Of a stretch of 41,902 nucleotides of DNA, positions 23,689-32,590 are shown piece after piece. How positions within the stretch are numbered: the first letter of the stretch is position 1; each line of letters begins with the position of its first letter. The notes beneath the pieces are model-generated. The model did not search any database, was not told the origin of the DNA, and worked only from the letters and a program-made list of their open reading frames with translations. Source of the stretch: a virus. Its lineage: Duplodnaviria; Caudoviricetes. The position numbers and the translations under genes are program-made. The stretch spans positions 1 to 41,902 of the IMG/VR virus record IMGVR_UViG_3300020043_004206; one strand, given 5' to 3'.

Positions 23689-24053
23689 AACTGCCAACCC
23701 TAACACTCGCCGCTGCCATGGTGATGGCCGCCACGGGCTGCGAAACGACCCAACAAAAGGAGGCGAGGGGCTTGATCCGCACACCAACCGGGAACTGGGT
23801 TAAGAAAGGGACACCCTACTTCGGCGACGGGACGCCTATCAAAATGGCCCCCGGCGTTGTTCCAGCCTTTGACGGCGCCGTGTTTGATCGAGCCATGGCC
23901 GCGCAGCAACAAGGACCGCAGCCTGTAATCGTGGTCGGGCCGGGGAGTGGGACAACGATTGCAACGCAGTCAAGTTACGGCACGGTTGTCTCGCAATTCG
24001 GGGGCTATGTCCCTAATGTCCGACCTGTCTCCTATCCGTATTACGGCTATTAA
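23685..24053 (+). CDS. Predicted lipoprotein, 122 aa
   Basis: Signal peptide MKLPTLTLAAAMVMAATG-C with a lipobox Cys; ATGA-coupled. Confidence 0.7.
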   Translation: MKLPTLTLAAAMVMAATGCETTQQKEARGLIRTPTGNWVKKGTPYFGDGTPIKMAPGVVPAFDGAVFDRAMAAQQQGPQPVIVVGPGSGTTIATQSSYGTVVSQFGGYVPNVRPVSYPYYGY

Positions 24054-24054
24054 C

Positions 24055-24124
24055 TTTTGTCGGTGTCTCCGATGAAAATGCAGGGGTTGTGCCCTGCCGC
24101 AGCCCTCGGGAAACCGGGGGCTGT
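24055..24124. terminator. Three tandem hairpins between convergent genes
   Basis: GTCGG/CCGAT flanked by TTTT and AAAA, GCAGGG/CCCTGC, and CAGCCCTCGG-GAAA-CCGGGGGCTG. Confidence 0.55.
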
Positions 24125-24128
24125 TGCG

Positions 24129-27100
24129 TTATCGGGGGGGCATTGACTGCCCGAGCGGAGAGTTGACGAGGTTGTTACGCATGGACCGTTGCCGGCGGGT
24201 AAGACGCTGCACATCATGGCCGAAGAGGGCTGACTTGGTTGCGGCGTTCACATCTTCCAAGTCTTGGGCGAGCAAGCGCACCTTCTCGGTGTCGGGCAGG
24301 CGGGCATACCGTGGCGAGGCCATGCGCCAGTTGAACATGCTCATGGTGTAGTTGCCCAAGTAATACTGGTAGGCGGTGATTTGCTCGTTGGTGAGGTCGA
24401 TCCTCTTGCCGTTAATGTCTGCCATGCGGCTGACGGCCCGAGGAAACTGGCTCGTCTCTCCGGTGGTCTGCATCAATCGCTCAACCTCTTGCAGTGCTGG
24501 GTTGGTTTTGACTTGGGATGTCAGCGCCGGATTGATGAGCACGTTGAACCAATGGTTGCTTCCGTATTGATACCGCTCCTGCGCGACGCCCATGATGTCC
24601 ATGCGCGGGGGGAACTGGTCGGCAACGCCGGGGGTATTGGCTGCGATCTGATTAAAAGCACGTTGGACCGTCACGGGGATCGCCGACGATGCGTTGACAC
24701 CGCGAGTCTCCCGCGCGGTGTTGTCCATGAGCTGATTGAGTTGGCGAGACATCTGAGGAACAAACATGGACGGCATGCCCAGCACCGTTCTTGAGATGGC
24801 CCCAACGATTGTCTCGGGGCGCTTGGTGTCGATCTGGTCGATGAAGCTGGACAGACCGGAGAGTAGGGGAAGCTCAAGTAGCGACTTGGCGCCGGCCGCA
24901 AGGCTAATGGCCGGCATTGCCGCCTTGGCCGCGAGTCCCTTCTTGATCCCGTTGCGGTCGTTCTGCTCAACCATCTTGGCCAACTCGGCGCCGGCGGCAA
25001 AGGTAATGGCGAGCGGCTGCGCCCAATCGTAGGACAGGATCAGGTCGCCGTCTTCGGGGCGCTGAGATTGAGGAGACCCCCACGCCATGGTCGTGATCAG
25101 CCGCTTGAGGGCAGTCACATTGATGCGATACTGCCCCATGCCAGACGCGCGGCGCATCGCCTCGACATCATCATCATCCTCCTGACTGGCCGTGATGACA
25201 CCCATGGCATACAAGTAGTAGCCAGCGACATAGATGCCCGTTCCGCCCAATGCCCTTGTGAATGCTTGGGCAAACTCCTGCTGGTTAAATGGCTTGCCGG
25301 CGCGCTGGTTGCTCGCCTTCCACAAGATGCCGTTCATGGCTTGGCTCAGATTGGTGATAAGCCCGAGCGGAGACCAGTTGATGGCCGTTCTGGCGATCGC
25401 CCCCGGCACCTGAGTAAAGGCCATGAGCGCCGTGCCGAATCCGAATTGCTCGGTCGGCTTGATGCCGGGGAGGAAATAGGAGAGCAGCTTGGTGCTGCCA
25501 TAGTTTAGCGAAGACCTCCACTTGGACGCCGTCTTGCTGATCGTGTTGGCGTTCTGGTAGATGGCCGCTGCGGCATCGGCGAACGCGCCGTCAATGTCTT
25601 CCGGCGTGTGCCGCCCCGTCCATTCGCCCATCTGCCGAGCACGCGCCTCGCGGTTGGCAAGCGATGACTCCAGCGCAGACTTCCAGAACGCGCGGTCAGG
25701 CCCGCCGAGAGCAATGGAGAGCGATGTCTCCAGCATGTTCATAAACTTGCTGCTGAAGATGCGGCGACCAACCTCCTTGGCATCGGCGACTTCAAATTTG
25801 TTTTGCGTGGTCAGCTTGGAGAGCAGGCGCAAATGGTCGATGCCTGCGGCAAGGTTCTGCCCGAACGTAGCCTGCGGGTTTTGCTTGGCATTCCACTCAA
25901 ATCCGCGCTGCACGTCCCAGATCGGCGTGAGCAGGGACTTGAGGCGCCCCGGCTTGACTCGATCTCCCGTTTTCCCATTGCCAAAGATGCTGCTGCGCCC
26001 GCCGGCAAAATTGATCGCCGTGTCTGCCCCGGCATTCGCCACCCACTGAATGACGTTGCCGCCGATGTTTCTGATCCACGTCTTGGGAGAGAACAGCATC
26101 ATTAGATAGCTGAAGGCCCGCACCTTGATCCAGAAATCCACCGGGATGAGGCTATGGATCTCCTCAAATATCCGCCCAGCGATGACGAGCTGCATATCTT
26201 CGTCGCCCTTGGCCTCTTTGAGTTGGCGGGTCAGATCCTTGAGTTTCGCCCCAAGCTGCGGCGTCATGGTCGGCAACTTGGCGACAAGAGACAGGCTCGC
26301 CACAAAGTCATCGTCAGGCATTCCTTCGCCGTTCAGCTTGGCAACCAACCTGCTCCAGATTTTAAGGAGCTTCGGTTCCTTCGGCTTGCGCTGCGTGGCG
26401 ATGGACTTACGCGCCTCATCCATCACCTTGTAGAATTTGCTGGTGATGGCCGTTGCCAATGCGCCGGCCTCGCTTTCGCTAATGCCGTTCTCGGTCAGCA
26501 GTTGCGTAATCTGCTTGGTCGCCTCTGCCTTGGTTGCCTTGCTGGTCAGGACAGAGCGGATGCCGACATTGGTGCGCTGCTTCTGCGTCTTGTCCTTAAT
26601 GCGGCGCTTCAGCTTCTCTTGGATCTTCTCGCCGCCTTGGGTGCCGTTGATGATGGTATCTTCAGCGACCGTCTTGCGGGTCGCCTTAACCTCAGTCTCG
26701 GCCGACACAACACTGTCCTGCGCTGCGCGGATCTGCTTCTGCCTCTCTTCGGGTAATGAGTCAATGTGCTGTTCAATGATCTGGTTGGCGTAAAAGACGA
26801 TGCCCTCCGGTGTCAGGCGGGACAGCATGGCGAGCACGCTGATGGTCTGGCCGATGCTTGTGGCGCGGTTGGACATGATGCGAACAACGCGCGCCTGCCG
26901 CTGATGCTCTCCCATCGCTCCAAGTCTGGCCGCCAGCTCTAAGCCGATTCCAAAGTCAACAGGTGTGGGCGTCAGGCTGTCGGCAGCCAGATCAAGTATC
27001 CGTTGCTCGGCGGCATCAATCCCATTCTGGTTGATCCATTCCTTGGCCTGATCTGCCGTTCCTTGCAGCGTGATCGGAACATACTCGCTGCCAAGCTCTG

Positions 27101-30100
27101 CCTTCGCTTCTTCCGTGATGGCATCAGACTTCTTTGCCTTCTGCTCAAACTGCCTCGGCTTGGCCTTCGGTCGCACATCGCCAACCGCGCCGGTCGTGTC
27201 GCTGTAAGGGCTGTCCTTGTAGGCTTGGACGATGCGATCAAACGCTTCCTTGAGGTATTTTGCTACAGCTTGTCCAAACTCGGCCACCATTTCGGCGGAC
27301 CATTTTCCAAGGGTCATGCCATTTTGGTAAAGCGCCCCGCCAAACTCTACAATGTCGGCCAAAACGCTTGCGTCTATGCCTCCGGTTTGGCTGTTGGCTA
27401 GGGCCGCTTGGATGCGAGTCTTGAGTTTTCCTCTAATATCGTTGCCGGCGTCGAACCTCTGCGAAAGCGGGATGACATTGCCTTGATCGTCGCGGGTGAC
27501 GGGGGCGGCGGATTTGATTTGGCTGGGGCTAAAAACAATATAACTGTCTTGCGCATTTTCTTCGCCATACTTTTCAAATTGAAGTTTAGCCTTTCGCAAT
27601 TCTGCCTGCATTGCCCGATTTGATTGCAGACCTTGTGCTTTAATTCGATTTTTAAGACCGTCTATTGCGGATCTAAAACTCTGCGCTCCAGACATTTCAG
27701 AATAATTTTTGTAAATAGCTCCATCATGTCTTTTACTTGCAAGAAACTCCCTTATGTCTTTTGTTGATCGTGATGGCTTTGCATTAAGCCATTGCGTATC
27801 ATTCGGAAATTTTTCGCGCAACTGCGACTCAAGAGTTCGCCAGTTCCACTGTAAAACATCTTCAAGGCGAATGGGGTTTTCTAATCTGACATACGATTCA
27901 ATGATGCGTGTCGGCAGTTCGCCTTTGTTAATTGATTGCAGCCATTCAAGCCTGTCGTTTGCCTGCCCCTGTGTGCCAACGTGTATTCCTATGTCACCGT
28001 TTTTCAGTTTGAAGCTATCAAATGTCTCGGTGCTTCCGTGGTATGCGCGAATATTGTATCCAGCCGCCTTTGCCGCCTCGTCCACCATCCGCTGCGCCGC
28101 CTCCATGTCGCCGCGCTCGACGGCTGCGAGGTAGTCGGCGTCCTGTTGTGACGCCACTCTGGCGGCATTTAGCCCCGTCACATTAACGGCCCCAGCCTGA
28201 TCCGAAAACCGCGAATCTTTGTAGGCTTGGACGATGCGATCAAAGACCTGCTTCAAGAACGAAGCGATGCCTTGCCCGAACTCCTTGACCATCTGGCCGG
28301 CCCACTTGCCGAAGCTCATGCCGGCGCGGTAGATCGTCTTGCCGTATTCGACTAGGTCTTCAACGATGGAGAGATCAATCGCCCCACTTTGCGCGGTCAT
28401 GTTTTTGATGCGGCGGCGGGAGCGTTGGGCGGGGGTGTCGGGTGTTGCCGCAAACGGAATCTCTGGCAACCGGATTTCAAGCTCACTGCGCGGGGCCGCA
28501 CCACCGCCAGCCTCTTGCTTGATTGCAGCCTTGACCTTGTTGCCGTGCGCAACAACCTCGCTGACGCTCAAGCCGGCCGCCCCTACGGCAGCGCGGAACT
28601 TCGGCGCGGCCTTGCTCGGCTTGATGGCATCGTTGGCCAAGACATAGGCGGCGCGGTCTAGGTCGGAGGAAAAGCTGATCGTGGCCATGCCGTAGCGTGG
28701 CGCGGAGCGGCTTAGTTCTCTTGGCAAAACAAATGGAGCGGGAGCGGCCACCGGAGAGGGGCGCGCTGCGGCAGCGGTCGGCCTCTTGCCCACGATGAAC
28801 TCCTCGTATGTTCCCGTAGAACCTACGTTCAGAGCGACGACATCATCAACGGGCACGTCTTTCTCCACAACCTTCCTGCCGTATTGCAAGGCTCCCGTCC
28901 TTGTGGAGTGCCAGTTCTGAGTTGCCTTTTCCTTCTGCTTACCAACTGCTCGGTATAGCTTGATTGTATCGCCGAACCTCTCGCGCAATGCATCGCGGGT
29001 TTTGCTGAATGAATCATAAAGTCTGGACGGAGACACATCAGGATTCTCCCCGCTCATAACCTTATCAACAGCGGTGTCTTGCCCGAAAAATGTCCCTGCG
29101 GCGGCTTCAGCTATTGTGTCAAAGACGCCACGGTCTGTTACCAGTTCGTCTGATGCGATCTTAACAATGTTAGCTGGTATCGCGCTGTCTCTCTCTTTTT
29201 CTGATGGGATTTTTGCAACATTAAGTTCTCTGCGAATGTCAAGCCTGATCCCTTCGGCCTCCATCATTAGGCGCGAATACTTTTTAGCCTGATCCGTCCT
29301 TAGTCCCGTAAGGCCATCAGCATAACCGCCAACAGTCTGCATCGGCAGGGCCATTACTTCATCCCTGATTTGCTTCAGCCTATTTAATTTTGCCGCCCGT
29401 TCTTCTGGCGTGAGTTTGGGTCGAGTCACGGCGGGCGCTGTTGTAGCAGTGGAGCCGGGAGGCGTCGAACCTCCGTCCGTTTCCTGAGAAGCAACGATAC
29501 CAGATTGCGGCCCCAAGGGTTGTTGCTGCGGCACACCAGAGAACACATCCGCCCCAGCGTCCACTTCGGGCGCGGTCGTTGTGTCGTCAGCAAGATCAAA
29601 CTGAAATGCCGGTGCCACCGGCGGCTCCGTCACAATCGTCTCCCCCGGCATCTCGACAACCTCAAAGTCATCGGGGTTGATGGCGGGTTCGGCGTCCGGC
29701 GCGGCGGCCGTGGTCACATCGCCAAAGGTTTCTTGCACCTCGACCGTATCGGCGGCGGGTGGGGGCGTGAATGTGGATGCGTCCGGCCCGACACTCATTG
29801 TCGGCGCATCGGCGCCCTCAACGCGAGGAGCTGCCATACCTTCGGCCGCGCCAACCGGGGCGCCGGCCATGAATCCAGACAGGCCCTCCATCGTCGCCGA
29901 TGACGCCACTCCACGCATGGTCGGGACGGCATAGCCCTCACGCTGCAAGGCAATGTTGGGGGCCATGGCTTCCTGCCCGCCTTGGAATGCTTCGGGAATG
30001 CCTTCGGACACGCCGGTCTTGACGGCGCCGGCAACCACGCCACCCGTGACGCGCCCGCCGGACTTGCTGATGGCATTTCCAAGGATCTTTTCGGCGCCGA

Positions 30101-30758
30101 ACAAAGCGTCCGCCGCACCAAGGCCGGCCGCAAGCAGGAGTTGGTCAACGTTCTGCCCGCCGTAGCTTTGGGCTTCCAGCGCCACACGGTCGGCCTCTTC
30201 CTCACTCTTGCCGGACTGCAACAGGAAATTCTTGGTGTCTTGGTAGATGCTGTCTTTAACGATGCCCGTGTTCATGCCGGCGCCAGCGCCAGCTTGCACC
30301 GCCTGCACTCCTTTGGCGCCAAGGCCGAACGCCCTGCCGGCAACGCCTGTCGCCACGATGGGAGCCATGGTGCCGAGCGATTGTGCGGCCGTGTCCAGCG
30401 GAGCCACGGCGAAGGCCCGAGCACCAGCCTTGACCTGCTCCCACACGCCCTTGTCCTGCGCTTCCTGCATGATGCGCGCCACTTCCTGCTGGTCGGCTTG
30501 GGCTTCGGGGGAGAGCGACTGATTGTAAAACTGCTGGTAGCTGGCCAACTCCTGAGACGCAGAATTGTTGGCGCCGAACAGATCGGTCATGCCCTTGAGA
30601 CCAGTGATAACACCACCCGCCGCACTGACCGGAAGGTCGGCCGCCTGACGCCAAAAGCCGCTGCCTTCGGCTGGCTGGATTTCAATATCGTCCAGCGTCA
30701 ACCCCGCCAAGGGATCTAGCTCAATATCCCCCAGCGTGATGTCATTAAGTGTTGCCAT
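24129..30758 (-). CDS. Large internal virion/ejection polyvalent protein with ART-like domains, 2209 aa
   Basis: Last and largest gene of the podovirus-like virion operon. Gly/Ala-rich N-terminus; internal YHGS...Y..LENP...DG...YIVFSPSQIKS and LYR...EEFIV regions; helical C-terminal domain. Confidence 0.8.
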   Translation of the reverse strand: MATLNDITLGDIELDPLAGLTLDDIEIQPAEGSGFWRQAADLPVSAAGGVITGLKGMTDLFGANNSASQELASYQQFYNQSLSPEAQADQQEVARIMQEAQDKGVWEQVKAGARAFAVAPLDTAAQSLGTMAPIVATGVAGRAFGLGAKGVQAVQAGAGAGMNTGIVKDSIYQDTKNFLLQSGKSEEEADRVALEAQSYGGQNVDQLLLAAGLGAADALFGAEKILGNAISKSGGRVTGGVVAGAVKTGVSEGIPEAFQGGQEAMAPNIALQREGYAVPTMRGVASSATMEGLSGFMAGAPVGAAEGMAAPRVEGADAPTMSVGPDASTFTPPPAADTVEVQETFGDVTTAAAPDAEPAINPDDFEVVEMPGETIVTEPPVAPAFQFDLADDTTTAPEVDAGADVFSGVPQQQPLGPQSGIVASQETDGGSTPPGSTATTAPAVTRPKLTPEERAAKLNRLKQIRDEVMALPMQTVGGYADGLTGLRTDQAKKYSRLMMEAEGIRLDIRRELNVAKIPSEKERDSAIPANIVKIASDELVTDRGVFDTIAEAAAGTFFGQDTAVDKVMSGENPDVSPSRLYDSFSKTRDALRERFGDTIKLYRAVGKQKEKATQNWHSTRTGALQYGRKVVEKDVPVDDVVALNVGSTGTYEEFIVGKRPTAAAARPSPVAAPAPFVLPRELSRSAPRYGMATISFSSDLDRAAYVLANDAIKPSKAAPKFRAAVGAAGLSVSEVVAHGNKVKAAIKQEAGGGAAPRSELEIRLPEIPFAATPDTPAQRSRRRIKNMTAQSGAIDLSIVEDLVEYGKTIYRAGMSFGKWAGQMVKEFGQGIASFLKQVFDRIVQAYKDSRFSDQAGAVNVTGLNAARVASQQDADYLAAVERGDMEAAQRMVDEAAKAAGYNIRAYHGSTETFDSFKLKNGDIGIHVGTQGQANDRLEWLQSINKGELPTRIIESYVRLENPIRLEDVLQWNWRTLESQLREKFPNDTQWLNAKPSRSTKDIREFLASKRHDGAIYKNYSEMSGAQSFRSAIDGLKNRIKAQGLQSNRAMQAELRKAKLQFEKYGEENAQDSYIVFSPSQIKSAAPVTRDDQGNVIPLSQRFDAGNDIRGKLKTRIQAALANSQTGGIDASVLADIVEFGGALYQNGMTLGKWSAEMVAEFGQAVAKYLKEAFDRIVQAYKDSPYSDTTGAVGDVRPKAKPRQFEQKAKKSDAITEEAKAELGSEYVPITLQGTADQAKEWINQNGIDAAEQRILDLAADSLTPTPVDFGIGLELAARLGAMGEHQRQARVVRIMSNRATSIGQTISVLAMLSRLTPEGIVFYANQIIEQHIDSLPEERQKQIRAAQDSVVSAETEVKATRKTVAEDTIINGTQGGEKIQEKLKRRIKDKTQKQRTNVGIRSVLTSKATKAEATKQITQLLTENGISESEAGALATAITSKFYKVMDEARKSIATQRKPKEPKLLKIWSRLVAKLNGEGMPDDDFVASLSLVAKLPTMTPQLGAKLKDLTRQLKEAKGDEDMQLVIAGRIFEEIHSLIPVDFWIKVRAFSYLMMLFSPKTWIRNIGGNVIQWVANAGADTAINFAGGRSSIFGNGKTGDRVKPGRLKSLLTPIWDVQRGFEWNAKQNPQATFGQNLAAGIDHLRLLSKLTTQNKFEVADAKEVGRRIFSSKFMNMLETSLSIALGGPDRAFWKSALESSLANREARARQMGEWTGRHTPEDIDGAFADAAAAIYQNANTISKTASKWRSSLNYGSTKLLSYFLPGIKPTEQFGFGTALMAFTQVPGAIARTAINWSPLGLITNLSQAMNGILWKASNQRAGKPFNQQEFAQAFTRALGGTGIYVAGYYLYAMGVITASQEDDDDVEAMRRASGMGQYRINVTALKRLITTMAWGSPQSQRPEDGDLILSYDWAQPLAITFAAGAELAKMVEQNDRNGIKKGLAAKAAMPAISLAAGAKSLLELPLLSGLSSFIDQIDTKRPETIVGAISRTVLGMPSMFVPQMSRQLNQLMDNTARETRGVNASSAIPVTVQRAFNQIAANTPGVADQFPPRMDIMGVAQERYQYGSNHWFNVLINPALTSQVKTNPALQEVERLMQTTGETSQFPRAVSRMADINGKRIDLTNEQITAYQYYLGNYTMSMFNWRMASPRYARLPDTEKVRLLAQDLEDVNAATKSALFGHDVQRLTRRQRSMRNNLVNSPLGQSMPPR
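27217..28244. repeat. Perfect 26-bp direct repeat, copies 1002 bp apart
   Basis: TTGTAGGCTTGGACGATGCGATCAAA at 27217-27242 and 28219-28244, within two diverged modules of about 68 aa. Confidence 0.9.
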
Positions 30759-31252
30759 TAAGGAGTGATTACAAGAACCCCGCCAAGTTTCGGGACGCGA
30801 TGCGTGCCGACAGGCATGTTGGTTCCAAAGCGTTGCGAAGCCTGCGCCTGAGTCATGGTGTAAGACGGAGTTGGGGCGGGTTGCGGGGTGGGCGCCGCTG
30901 TTGGCGCATTAGTCCCGGCAAAGGCGCCGCCACCGGCCATCGGGGTAGGGGCGCCAGCCTCGGTTGAGTAAGGGTCTGCCGCATAGCCTCGCAACTGCTC
31001 TCCGCGCACGGGTTGCCCCTGCGCATTGGTGGTCATGGGGGCAATGGCAACCGCATTGGTCCCGTTATAGCGGGCATAGAGTCCTTGCTGCGTATTCAAA
31101 ATCTCAGGGTTAAACTCGGCCTTGACCATCGCATCCACCTTCTTTTTTCGGTAGTATTCTAACTCTTGTTCGATTTTTGCGCCTATGGCCGGCGAGACAT
31201 AATCTCCCTTCTTCAGTCCGTAGACGATCTTGGCGTATTCGTTTTTGTCCAT
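30758..31252 (-). CDS. Probable internal virion protein, 164 aa
   Basis: Position in the ejection cluster; its TAA overlaps the next ATG. Confidence 0.6.
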   Translation of the reverse strand: MDKNEYAKIVYGLKKGDYVSPAIGAKIEQELEYYRKKKVDAMVKAEFNPEILNTQQGLYARYNGTNAVAIAPMTTNAQGQPVRGEQLRGYAADPYSTEAGAPTPMAGGGAFAGTNAPTAAPTPQPAPTPSYTMTQAQASQRFGTNMPVGTHRVPKLGGVLVITP

Positions 31253-31260
31253 ATGCGTAA

Positions 31261-31683
31261 TTACTCAACGGTCCAGCCGCCGGGTTCGCCGCCAGCGCCA
31301 GCTCCCCACGTCTTCTTGTATTTATCCCAAGCCTGCGCCTGCGCGGCGGCAGACTGTCCGGCGCTGTAGCTCTTGAGCATCGGAGAGGCGACCGCATCAA
31401 AGAGGAAGGGGCGCACATTCTCTGGTGCGTTCATGTATTTATCGCGGAAGTCGGCTGTAACCGCCCCGATGTCAGACATCGCCCCAACGGACTCGTCCAT
31501 CCCGGCCAGCATGTCCTTCTTGTCCTTGAACTTTCCATACATGCCGCCAAGCGCGGCCAAGGCCCCGCCGATATTGTTGCCAAGCTGGTTATACATCTTG
31601 GCCTGCGTGTTGGCTGACGCGACTTGGCCGGCTGCGGTGATCTCGCCGCTGCGGTCAGCGACTTGCGGTGAATAGCTAAACAT
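31261..31683 (-). CDS. Probable internal virion/ejection protein, 140 aa
   Basis: Gly/Ala-rich segment LGNNIGGALAALGG; AAGGAG RBS. Confidence 0.65.
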   Translation of the reverse strand: MFSYSPQVADRSGEITAAGQVASANTQAKMYNQLGNNIGGALAALGGMYGKFKDKKDMLAGMDESVGAMSDIGAVTADFRDKYMNAPENVRPFLFDAVASPMLKSYSAGQSAAAQAQAWDKYKKTWGAGAGGEPGGWTVE

Positions 31684-31710
31684 GGTTTTGTTCTCCTTCT
31701 CTTTTGGTGG

Positions 31711-32589
31711 TTAAGCCGCTACGCGGCCGTCGATGATTCGTGTTATCGGCCGGCCCGACACGTTCTGCGAACGATGCTCAAAGCCCTGCGCTGAGTTGGC
31801 GTGATCCTCGTAAGGAAGATGCGCCGAGATGTTGTTGACTTGCGCGTTCAGCTTGGGGCACCAGACCGTGTTGGTCTCGGCACGACTGATGCAGCGTGTG
31901 CAGACGTGCGGGTAGTCGGCGTTGCGCGACTTGTCGGCGAGGTGGCTCCAAGATCCGGTGTCGTCCCGGCCGTAGCGCGTCTCATCATTCGGGACACCCT
32001 CTGCTTCTAGGTATCGCCAGACATCCGCATCGCTCCAGTCCCGCATGAGGTAGAGCTGCGTTGGTGCGTCAGCGATGCGTTGAGCGTCAACAAACAGTGG
32101 AAGCAACCCCTTGATCGGGTCAACGTCTGCCGACTTTTGGCCATGGAAGCAGGCGTCCCAAGGCCAAGCAAAGGTGCCCAGAGGACGCTGCAATGCGTCC
32201 AGACCGCAGCGCCATGGCTTGCCATCGACCGGGGGCTGCGAGCCTATCGAGATGATGAGCGCCGTCTGCTGTCCCCATTGCTGATACTTTAAGAAGTCGA
32301 TCTGATGCTTGCCGTCCGGCGATGTCCCGTCAGTCAGGGCGACTCGGCTGGGAGGGTAGTCGTGCACGTCGAGATCCCATGCGCGGGTCAGTGCGTCAGC
32401 TAGTTCATAGCGGTCACGGAACCAAGGGTCGCGGTATTGCACGCATGGCAACTTTACGCCGACCTTGTGCAGCAGAATATGCAGCATGGCGTTGCTGTCC
32501 TTGCCGCCGCTCCATAGCACGCACGGGGCGCTGAACTCATTGAGCCAGCGTTCCGCCTTGCGGCAAGTGTCTGCGACAAGTTTGTCCAT
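31711..32589 (-). CDS. PP-loop protein of the PAPS-reductase-like family, about 292 aa
   Basis: WSGGKDS PP-loop, GQKSAD, DWSDADVWRYL and C-terminal CTRC/CPK. Start set at MDKLV, 1 nt after the upstream stop. Confidence 0.75.
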   Translation of the reverse strand: MDKLVADTCRKAERWLNEFSAPCVLWSGGKDSNAMLHILLHKVGVKLPCVQYRDPWFRDRYELADALTRAWDLDVHDYPPSRVALTDGTSPDGKHQIDFLKYQQWGQQTALIISIGSQPPVDGKPWRCGLDALQRPLGTFAWPWDACFHGQKSADVDPIKGLLPLFVDAQRIADAPTQLYLMRDWSDADVWRYLEAEGVPNDETRYGRDDTGSWSHLADKSRNADYPHVCTRCISRAETNTVWCPKLNAQVNNISAHLPYEDHANSAQGFEHRSQNVSGRPITRIIDGRVAA

Positions 32590-32590
32590 A

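Noticed and set aside
27217-28244. Duplicated modules as a DGR template/variable repeat pair
   Set aside because: No reverse transcriptase in the genome, differences are not adenine-specific, and both copies are in one reading frame.
31711-32589. PP-loop protein as TilS acting on the CAT tRNA
   Set aside because: It shares only SGGxDS. TilS-type H..DD..ET and RPLL motifs are absent, and the DW...DVW.Y pattern fits the PAPS-reductase family.
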